This document shows positions 42,201-54,200 of a stretch of 64,000 nucleotides of DNA, one piece after another. A program made the position numbers and the translations under genes. Source of the stretch: Octopus vulgaris (Eukaryota); contig OX597823.1 in assembly GCA_951406725.2 (NCBI GenBank), forward strand, positions 54,436,001-54,500,000, written 5' to 3'. A model generated the notes under the pieces. The model was not told where the DNA came from and did no database searches. It saw nothing but the letters and a program-made list of their open reading frames with translations. Position 1 is the first letter of the stretch; every line of letters begins with the position of its first letter.

Positions 42201-45200
42201 TGCTAAAAATTTAAGTCGATTGCTGAGATTTTGACTTGGAGCCCAGAAAAGATGCTGAATACCTTTGATATGCATATTCTCTTACTGTTTCTGCCTAACT
42301 GAAAGGTTCTATGAAGTCATTCAAATAATGAGAAATAGCAACCAAATATTTCTCATATCACATTTTCTTTTAAAGAAGAGCATATAAGACAATGATGTAG
42401 TTCTAGCCATATTAAACAAGAAAAGAAACAAAAGATCATGGCAAGAATACCTTTGACCACAAGGGTTTTAAAAAATACAACTCACTACATGCGTGCATTA
42501 AATAAAAATGATTTACCTGTAGACTCATCAGTTACACTACAGGTGTCATTATGAGATGGGATCTGGTTCAAAGGACAAGCTTCTCGTGCAACCCACAAAA
42601 AGTGATGTTCACATTTACTTTCTATATAGTAATACTCTTTGGGGCTTGAATCCTGAATTCAGAAAGAAAGGAAAATATTAAAGGCATTTCAAAACTGTAA
42701 ATATTTTTTTATCCTTTTACTGGTTTCAGTGATTGGGTGACAACCAAACTGAGGCACCGTTTTCGAAAGTATTTAATTAATCATTTAGACCATACCAGCA
42801 CTTATTTCAGTCCGACTGAATGAATAAATTACATGTTTAAAAAGTCACCATACAACACTGAAAGCATATGGCCCAGTAGTTAGAGCATCAGACTGACTCG
42901 AGTAGGATGAAAGGTAAAGTAGATCTTGGTAAGATTTGAAATTAGAGCTCAGAAGGCAAAAACAAATACTGCAAAGCATCGTATCCAACAGCCTAAAGGT
43001 TGTCATATCACCAACAGATAATTGTGTGTGTATGTGTTTGCATGGGTGTGCACAGATGTGTGACAACCACTACATATGTGAAGAGTATGGTTTATTGCTG
43101 TTGCAAACTCCTGCCAATAGAGTTCCTGCCACTATATGTTCAGTTGCCCTCAACAACCAAAACACTACTTCAACACCATTCTAAGAACAATATTTCTAGA
43201 CATTCATCTCAAAATATTAAGAGTAAGTACAGATGCATAACTAATAACAGCAGCAGCATCAATAACCTCATCAACTCCAAATGCTATGTATGGATGTATT
43301 TATTCCCACCTGAAACCATAGGTAGCCTTGTTAACCCACAAATAAATAAATATACATGCACGTCTTCTTTTTGTTTCAGACAAAATAAATTCAGATTTAT
43401 AAATTAGATAATGGCTTTAGACCAAAATACAATCATAACCCACCACAAAGGAGGTGAAAGTAATACAGCTTTAGCTAAAAAGCTTAAAATTAACCAAACA
43501 ATAATCTGGAAAATTGCCATGAAATTTCAAGAGACTGGTTCCATCACTGATCAACCTGAACGTAATTAAAAACGGAGAGTGTGGACCCTCCAGATTATCA
43601 AAAGTACGAGAGAAAACATATGGTGAAATCCTTGTCATTCTGTCAGAAAACTGGCTACCACAGCAAAAATAAGCTGAAGATCAATGTACTGTGTGCTGAA
43701 GGAGGATCTCAGGACCCACCTCTACAAGATGATCTGCCTTCATAAGCTCACACAAGTTTATAAGACCATGAGACTGGGGAGAGGTCATCTTATCCTGCGT
43801 CAGATTGCTGAAGGCATGCTGCCCAACCTGGTGATCACTGATAAAAAGAAATTTGATATCAAACAGACAATAAACCACCAGAATGACTAATTTTGGAATG
43901 TATCTGGCTCCATCGAGGGTAGATTTGTAAATCAACATCAAAATCCACAGTCCTTTATCGTTTGGGTGGCTGAGGCAGTCACAGGAAGGTCTCATCTTGT
44001 TTTTGTGTCCTTGGGTGTTAAAATTAACACCCATCAATACATTAGTGATGCTCTGGAAGCTGAACTGCTTCCATGGGTGAATGAGCACTTCCAAGGTGCA
44101 CTTTGGAGCCTCCAACAGTACTTGGCACCATCCAACAGCTCCAAACAGACAACACTGGATTCAAAAAAACGTTGTCGTTCATAGGAAAAGATGTGTGGCC
44201 CACAGGAAGCCCGGATCTCAACCCGTTGGGTTTTTCTGTTTCATCTATTTTGTAGACAAGGATCTTGAGCATTCCTCATGCTTCGCTTGATGCTCTGAAG
44301 AAAAAACTCTGAAGGAAAAATGGACTTCAATTCCATAAGAACAGCTGCATGCCACATGTGAAGTATTCACACCTAGACTTAAGACAGTGAGCTAAAACAG
44401 AAGTGGTCATATTGAATAAATGTGGTAGAGTCATAATTGTGTCTCCTTTACCATTGCATTGCAATGCTTTGGCAAAATTGAAAAAAGTTGAAACAACCTG
44501 TATATATATTCTTTGTGGGTTAACAAGGCAAACAATAGTTTCATGTTAGGGGATTTTCACAACTGTTTGAATATGTCACATGAACGTGTTGGTACTTGTC
44601 TCTATTTTAGATGGAAATCACATGAAATCATTGGTAGCTTTGTTGACCCACAAATAAAGAATATCTATCCACCAACACTTGAGGACTCATTTTCCCTTTT
44701 CAACATTAGTGTGTGTGTGTGTATGTATGTAACTAACTACAGGTGACAACAGGCATATCAGTCCATGATGGAGCTTCTATATGATTGTTAATGATCATTT
44801 AATGCCTATTTTTCCATGCTTGCATGGGTCAAATGGAATTTGTTGAGACAAATTTTTCCTGTCACCAACTCTTGCCTGTTTCCAAGCAATGTAATATTTG
44901 CCATGACCAGACAGGTTTTCCACAGAAGATTGGAAACAATCAACACCACTTGTATGACAGTGATGCTTGTATACAGTCATCACATGATGACAAGACATGA
45001 GGACAAGCAAACACAAACACACACACTGCCTGTGTGTGCACAGGATGGGCTTATTTCATTTTCCATTTACCAAATCCACTCACAGGGCTCTGGTTGGCCT
45101 GAGACTGTAGCAAAAGACACTTGCCCTTAGTGTCATACAATGGGGCTGCACCCAAGATAATATGCCAGGAAAGTAAGCCTCTCCATGACACAGCCCCCCA

Positions 45201-48200
45201 CACACATAAGCTAAAACTAGCAGCCAAATCTCCCTTAAATTACATTGTTTTGTAAAGGCAAAACAGAAGAGACAATGTAGTCCTAGCTACGCAATGACCA
45301 ACAGACGGATGACATGATGGGTATGACTAGAATGTCTATTTTTTATTTAAAAATTTGGCTGTCTATTCGAAATAGAAGTTAAATGACCTTCAAATCACAT
45401 CTTACCATCATAGAAAAGAAAATAATTCAAAATATATTGAATGTTGTTGTTTCTGATATAAAAAAAATGACAGGCTGATTACAGCTAAAATACCTGAATC
45501 AAAGGTCTGCTCAATCAAAACTGACCTGGAGCAAATTAACAAGAGAGCAATTACATGATTGCTCAGCTTGGTAGAAATAGCAGCTAAATCTCCCTTAAAT
45601 CATACCGCATTGTCTTAATAAAAAAGAAAAAGATAAAGCATAATGTAAAACTTAGATGTTAGGAAAAAAATGGGACCATAATGGCCAGAACATCATGGAT
45701 CATAATAAGTGTGTGTAATGCAAGGTTGCAATTAAACAACAACCAACATAAAAGAAAACCAGCAAAAAAAAAAAAATGAAAGTCCCTAAAGACACTTACC
45801 ACAGCAGATAAATCACACTGAAATGTGATGTAAGTTGAAGAAGTCTTCCCTTCTCCACAAGGTTCTCCATTCTTATACACCAACCGTGGGAAATTACCAA
45901 AAAATTCAAGAGGATTGGAACCAAGTTCTCCAATATTGTGATATCTGTAAGAATAGGAAGACAAAAAAAATTTATTTAGTAATTCACTAAGAAAAAATAA
46001 ATTAATTCTTATGTAATTCAATTGCACTGGATATCATCATCATAATCATCATTTAACATCCATTGTCTATGCTGGCATGGATTGGACAGTGTGACCAGAG
46101 CTGGCAAGTTGTGGAACTGCACTAGACTCTGATATGATTTGACATGATTTCTACAGCTGGATCACCTTTCTAATGCCAACCACTTTACAGAGTATGATGA
46201 ATGCTTTTATGTGATGCTACACAGTTGCTGTTATGTGATACCGTATGGGTGCCTTCATGTTGTTGTTGTTTGTTCCTTCTCGAGCCATGCCTGGCTCATA
46301 GGGCCAGTTTCCTGGTTTCCTTGGCGTATATGTTCCCCACCTGGATGGGACGCCAGTCCGTCGCAGGTGAGCTGCAAGATGCAGGAGTAAAGAGTGAGAG
46401 AAAGTTGTGGCGAATGTGTCGGCAGAAGTTCGCCATTACCTTCTGCCGGAGCCGCGTGGAGCTTAGGTGTTTCGCTCATAAACACACACATCGCCCAGTC
46501 TGAGATTCAAACCTGCGATCCCTCGACCGTGAGTTCGCTGCTCTAACCACTAAGCCATGTGCCTTCATGTGTCACCACATGAGTGCTTTTACATGACACA
46601 CAACTGCACGGGCATTTTTACATGGTACTTCCCCAAGTGCTTTACATCACCAGAGGATCAGTTCGAACACTTTTGCTGCTGAGTACGGATCTCTCTAGGA
46701 ATATAATTTTTTGAACTTATATTTTATCTTCAGAGATCAAACACTTGAAAAACATTATAGAATTGCATAGTTTTAAAAAACGCTTTTATTCTTTTTCCTT
46801 TTTAAAGAAAATGAAATGTCAAACTCATAATCTAAAGTAGTAGTTCCCAAACTTTTCCAGGCTGCTGCCCCTTGGTTCCCAGGTTACATTCCAAGCACAC
46901 ACCCCGACTCACTATCACAAACATAGAGCAAATTCAAAACAACTGTATTTCAGAAATAAAATTTAACCGAATTAACTCATTTTGGCAGTGGGGGTTATAT
47001 CCATTGCCTCCTTTTAGCCACCCCATTATTGCCACACTTTTCTTCAATGCCCCTCACCCATCTTTCCATTACCCTCAAGGGGGCAGTACCACCCACTTTG
47101 GGAACCACTGATGTAAAGAGTATGAAAAAATAGTACAGAACACGTTTTCCAATGTTGTAATGAATCTGACCTCAACTCCCACCCAGGAGGTTTCTACAGG
47201 ACAACCTGCTGAGAGCCATGGAAGACAACTGGAGGTTTCTACGGGACAACCTGCTGAGAGCCACTGATCAGATCTGTGGATGGTGCAAAGTCTCCTCTCG
47301 ACCCAAGGTAATGTGGTGGTGGGACAATATTGTTGACAGGGCTATTAGACAAAAGAAACAGGCTTGGAAGGACTGGAAGAATGGTGGTAGCAGGGAAGTG
47401 TATCAGACTGCCAGAAGGGAAGCTAGGAGGCAGGTGTATTTAGCCAGAGGGGAAGCAGATAAGAAAAAATTTGCCAATGTTCTGTGCCGTGAGGACCAAA
47501 GACTTGAGGTTTTCGTGTTGCAAGGCAGTGTGTGAGAGAGAATTGAGATGTGGTAGGAGAGAAATGTGTTCGCATGGATGATGGTTCACTTGCGCTAAAT
47601 GAGGATACAAAGAGAGAGGTTTGGAGATGCCACAATGAAAGGTTGCTGAATAAAGAAAATGAATGGGATAAAGAGAGTCTGCCGAATGTCGACCCAACAG
47701 AGGGACCAGCTATCCAAGTTGACAGTTCCTTGGTAGTTAAGGCAATTAGAAGCATGAAGACAGGGAAAGCCCCAGGCCCATCAGGAATTACTGCAGAGAT
47801 GCTCAAAATATCTGGCAGTGTTGGCTATAGCCTAGTCACCTGTATAGTTAACCAGGTGATACATGAAGGAGTCATACCCAATGACTGGTGTAGCAGCACC
47901 ATAGTCCACCAAGGTTCAGTCTTCAGCCCCCTCCTATTTCTCATAGTCCTCCAGGCAATAACAGAGCAATGCAAGACAGGATGCCCCTGGGAGCTCCTCT
48001 ATGCTGATGACCTTGCTCTAATTGCTGAGTCATTATCAGAACTAGAGGAGAAGTTTCAGGCGTGGAAGCAAGGATTAGAATCGAATGGCCTTAGAGTGAA
48101 CCTAGCTAAAACAATAGTCCTAAGTAGGAAGGCAGACAAACCACAAATCCCTTCAAGTAGATGGCCCTGCTCGATCTTTAGAAAAGGCGTAGGTAGAAAC

Positions 48201-51200
48201 TCTATAAGATGTGCCCAGTGTAAGCTATGGACACATAAGAGGTGCAGCAATATCAAAGGAAGGTTAACTGGGAAGATAGTTTTTGTATGTGGCAGATGCT
48301 CGGGAGCAATAAATAACAATGAAAATATGCAGAGAACAACTTCCGCCACATTCCAGGGAGAAAAACTAGAAGTAGTTGATAGCTTCCGTTACCTAGATGA
48401 CCAAGTCAGTAGCCGGAGAGGGTGCACTGGAAGTGTAGCTGCTAGAATAAGAATAGCCTGGGCAAAGTTCAGAGAGCTCTTACCTCTGCTGGTGACAAAG
48501 GGCCTCTCGCTCAGAGTAAAAGGTAGACTGTATGATGCATGTGTACGAACAGCTATGCTACATGGCAGTGAAACATGGGCCGTGACTGCTGAGGATGTGT
48601 AAGTTTGCAAGGAAAGAAGCCAGTATGCTCCACTGGATGTGTAATGTCAGTGTGCATACTTGATAGTGTTAGTGCCTTGAGAGAAAAGTTAGACCTAAGA
48701 AGCATCAGATGTGGTGTGCAAGAGAGACGACTGTGCTGGTATGGTCATGTGGTGAGAAGGGATGAGAATAACTCTGTGGAAGAGGTAGACCCAGGAAGAC
48801 CTGGGATGAGATGGTGAAGCATGACCCTTGAACATTAGGCTTCACTGAGGCAATGACTAGCGACCGAGACCTTTGGAAATATGGTGTGCTTGAGAAGACC
48901 TGGCAGGCCAAGTGAGACCACAACCTGTAGCCTATGCCTGTGGTGTAACCAGTCCACTTAGGCATACCTTTCCATCATTGGACACTAAACTCTGCTTGTG
49001 AAGACCTGTTGAGGCAAGTGAAATCGAAATCGAATTCGATGACAGCACCACATGACTGGCATCTGTGCTAGTGGAGCACTAAGAGCACCATCCGAGCATG
49101 ATCGTTGCCAGGGCCACTGACTGGCCCCCGTGCCAGTGGCACGTAAAAAGCACTATTCGAGTGTGATCGTTACCAGTATCACCTTACTGGCACATGAAAA
49201 ACAACATTCGAGCGAGGTTATTGCCAGTGCTGCTGGACTGGCTCCTGTGCAGGTGCCACGTAAAAAACACCATTTGAACATGGCTGTTGCCAGTACCGCC
49301 TGACTGGCCCTCGTACCAGTGGCACATAAAAGTACCCACCACACTCTCGGAGTGGTTGGCATTAGGAAGGGCATCCAGTTGAAGAAACTCTGCCAGATCA
49401 GATTGGAGCCTGGTGCAGACATCTGGCTTGCTAGTCCTCAGTCAAACTGTCCAACCCATGCCAGCATGGAAAGCAGACGTTAAACGATGATGAGGATGAT
49501 GATGAATAAGGGTGTCAAATTTTGGTACAAGGCCAGCAGTTTTGGGAGGGAGGGTAAGTCGATTACACCAACTCCAGTGTTCAACTGGTGCTTATTCTAT
49601 TGACCTGAAAGGATGAAAGGAAAAGTTAACCTCAGTGGAATCTGAATGCCACTAAGCATTTTGTCCAGCACGCTAACAATTCTGGCAGCTTGCTGCTCTT
49701 ATGATGATGATGCTGATGATAATCATTTCTACTAAAGGAACAAGGCCTACAATTTTGGGGGAGGGGAGTAGTTGATTATATTGACCCCCGTGTTTCACTG
49801 GTACTTAATTTATTGACTCCGAAAGGATGAAAGACAAAATCGACCTTGGCAGAATTTGAACTCAGAACATGAAGACAGACAAAATGTTGCTAAGCATTTT
49901 GCCCAGCATACTAACAATTCTGCCAGCTCACTGCCTTTATTATAATAATAATAACTACAACAACAATGGTGGTTCTCATGGTTTCTGATATTAAATGATT
50001 GGAAGTGTTATCATGTACATGTTTTGTCTTGGTGTAAAAGATGGGCTACAGCAAATATTCTGATCAATACCCAAGAGATTTGTTTGACCATAACCAGTTG
50101 AGCATGTCCCTTAGTGGCTGATGATATGTGCATCTCTGATCCCAAGAAGTAGTGGGAGAGTACTGTATAGCCATGTATTGAGAGGAATTCTTTGGGGTTT
50201 GAATAATTCACCTTTGGAAACGGGTGTTTTGTTCATCATACTTATGCAAACTTTATTCAGGGACCTTCTGAGTGGAATGGGCTACCCATCCCGAAGAAAA
50301 TTCTAATTGGGCTCAACCTACAAGGTCATGTACTGTTTATCTTGATATGAGATCACCTTACTATGCACTGATGGTTGTGATGCATGTGCATGGTGTACCC
50401 TTTGTCTATTTGTACCCCAGTGTCACTTTGATGACATGAATTGTTCCTTCACTCAATAATAATAACAATTGGTGCATTGGGAACTGTAAGCAAAGATATG
50501 GACAAATGGCTGAAGGAGATTGGAATAGAATGTCCTGTAGAGCTTCTACAGAAAGTTTGCCTCTTAGGGACAGGAAAGATTATCAGGAGGGTACTAAGCA
50601 ATTGTGGATACCTAAGTTTACAAGAAGTAACTTGCTACTCTCATAAATCCTGCCAGGAATAAGACCAAACCTGAGTCAAATCAAAAATAATACTAATAAT
50701 TATTTCTACTCTAGGTACAAGGCCTTCAAAAAATTTTTTTTTTGGGGGGGGGGGGTAGATGATTATATCAACCCCAGAGCATAAGTGGTACTTATCTCAT
50801 CAACCCTGAAAGGCTGAAGGTCTGAAAGATACTGGAACCAAGATTTGCATAAAAAGTGCAATCCTATATTCTGCAAGAATCCTAAGATTTGAGGAGCTGT
50901 ATTGTTACCAAACCTCATAATAACATTTCTGTCAATTAAATTAGCATGTAATAGCTTTTGAATAATGATGAGGATGATGATGACAAAATACTAGGCAGTG
51001 GCTCTAATGGCTTCTGATCTTAACTGATTGGAAGTGTTAACATGAACATATTTTGTCTTAATGGGTGTAAAAGACAGGCTATAACAAATATTTTGCTCAG
51101 TACCATTGATTTTCCTGTCAGTTGCTTGCCCTCAACCAGTTGAGCATGTTCCTTTGTGACTGACAACATGTGCATCTCTGATCAAGAGCAGGAGTAGTGA

Positions 51201-54200
51201 TGGAGAGGAGCATCATAGCCATGTGTTGAGAGGAATTCTTTAGGGTTTGAAAAATTCACCCCTGGAAACAGGTGTTTCATTCATCATCCTGAAACAACCT
51301 ATATTCAGGAATCTTTCAAGTGGGATGGGCAACTTGACCTGAAGAAAATTCTAACTAGGCTAGATCACCCAGTTTACCTGAGATCATGTTGTGCACATAT
51401 GGTTATGATACAGATATCTGTGCTGCCCTTATCAAACAGGTAGTCATGATGGGTGTATTGGGCTTCATATATTTGTACCCCACTGTCACTTGATGGCGTT
51501 AACTGCTCTCTCAATAACAACAACAGCAACATAACAATAGTAATAAGAATAAAAAGAAATATTCGTAATTTTAGCACAATCCAGCAATTTTGAGGGGGTG
51601 GGGCAAGTCAATTACACTGATCCTAGTACTTGACTGGTACTTAATTTTACTAAATCTAAAAATGTGAAAGACAAAGTTGATCTCAGCAGGGTTTGAACTC
51701 AGAATATAAAGAGCCAGACGAAAGACTGCAATGCATTTTTTTCATCTGTTTTAATGATTCTGTCAATTCACTATCCTCTTAACAACAATAACAAAGAGAT
51801 AGAAGAAAAAAAACAACAAAAAATGAAATGAGAAATAGTCTTACTTCTTTGTTGAATCAGTCTCATTCAAATATATGCGACATGCTGCTGAACTGGAGGG
51901 ACATGTTTCACCTGAAAATATAGGAAAGGAGAAAATTAATTGACCCAAAACTGTATCTAGTTACAGGATAAAAAAAAAAAAAACATATTTTGTTTTATAG
52001 AATTTCTATTGAAATTTTAAGTACTGAAATTGTATTTAATTTAATTCAAGAATCTCTTGCTAAGTTATGTCCCAAACACCAGATTAGCCCTTTGCCTGTT
52101 GAAAGCACTTTTATGAGTTTATCTTAAACATCTATGATTATTTTCAGACTTTTAGTCAGCCCTTGTTTCATACATCATTATCATCATTTACTGCCCATTT
52201 TCCATGCTGACATGGGTTGGACAGCTTGACAGGAATTGGTATGGTCAGGGGCTGCACCAGGGTCCATAATCTGTTTTGGCTTGGTTTCTATGGCTTGATG
52301 CCCTTCCTAATACCAACCACAACACACCACAGTGTACTGGGTGCTTTTTATGTGGCACCATCATAGATGCTTTGTTAGTGGCACCAGCAATTTACATTCT
52401 GAATAATATAAAGCTTTCTTTTCATTAGTCCCAAATAATTCTGGTTGTTGAAAAAAATTGAGAATGTGTATCACATATGATGTAAGGATGCCAGGGAAAT
52501 AGGTCCAGTGTATCATATGTGATACACAGGACATGCAAAGAGTTCAATAAATGAATATTTCTTCATTATATTCAAAAGTGGCAAAGGTCAGTGTAAGTTC
52601 ATAAGAAATATATTCCTCGCCAGGAACCTGTTTCCAATTAGCTTTAATAGGTCCTCAATTTCATGTTTTGTATGCCAGAATTCAGCAATTCAAAGGGCAT
52701 ATTTGGGAAGAAATGAATGATTCTTACTCTCATTTTTTTCTTTCAGAAAACCAAGACAGAATGAAGAAAGGAAACTACAGAGGATCAATTTTGAAAAGAT
52801 TGAAAATGAACCAGACATTCACATTTCATATTTCTTTTTTAAGTGGCTACAATTGTGATGGGTTTCACCACCCCTTGCTTGGAATCTGTTTCCTATTAAC
52901 TTTACAATTATAACAGTGAGTTACCACTTTTATAACGATGGTTTTACCACTTTTATAAATTGGTGGATTTATCTTCTTTATATGGTGATTATTCTCCCAA
53001 GCAGACTTTCCTAAGACCACGTCAGTTTGTCACCAATTAATAACGTTGTGATGGATTACCTGGTTTATAATGTTTTTAACTCGGAAAAGGTAATAAATAT
53101 AGATGTTTATTGAACTGAAATCTATGGTGATAAACCTGTCAATTATAAGTAATATCACTATGCACAAATCTTAACTCAGGTTGCATAAACGCCACGATGA
53201 ATTATATACCAAGATGCTGAAATGTGCATGTTTGTTTAAGATAAAAAAGCTTGCTCTTTTTCATCACTATAATAAGTTTCATAGTTACAGAAATAAATTT
53301 CATTAACAGGTTGAAGAAAATGAAGAAAAAGAAATTATTTACTACATTAGTTTATTTACGAACATTTAATATTTACACATGCCAGCGCTGCCTGACTGGC
53401 GTCCGTATCGGTGACACATAAAAGCACCAACCGATCATTGCCGTTTGCCAACCTCCCCTGGCCCGTGCTGGTGGCACGTAAAAAGCACCCACTACACTCA
53501 CGGAGTAGTTGGCATTAGGGAGGGCATCCAGCTGTAGAAACACTGCCAGATCAGACTGGAGCCTGGTGCAGCCTCCGGTCCTCCCAGACCCCGGTTGAAC
53601 CATCCAACCCATGCTAGCATGGAAAATGGACATTAAACGATGGTGATGATGATGAATATATTTAGAAGTCAAAGAAAATTGTCGTAGAGAATTAAAACAT
53701 TAGCTAATTCTTCCATACTAAGCTATTAGAGTTTTACACAACAATTCAAAATAGTCTTGTTGAATTAAGTAATAGACATGGCATAACAATAGCCAATATC
53801 TCAAAAAAATGATCACTGGGTGTGAGTGTCGTGAAGATGAGTAACAACCAACGATCACTGACTAATTTTCCAAAAATCAGGGTTTTTATAACTGCTCATA
53901 CCTGAATTCTAAGAACCGCATTTCATGAAAGATTTCACTTTGACAAAAGTTTAGAATTCAAATATGGGCAGTAATTTTAACCAATGGGAAACTAACAATC
54001 ATACCTATTCGGGAACATGACCATTGTGTCATATTACTGCCAATAATGTTTTATTATGACTTGCACAATGTAGTTAATGCTCTCTGTCCTCTATTATGGT
54101 GAGGAATTCTCCAAAATATAACGTCTGATGTAGGTTACTGTTTGGTTTGATAGCAATGGCCAGGAAAGCTTACTTTATATTGAGGAACAAAAGAGATTTT

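Noticed and set aside
47550-48602. 350-aa ORF as an active RT or host gene
   Set aside because: RT motifs are deleted, the endonuclease is absent, and flanking frames are broken; it is a dead RTE copy.
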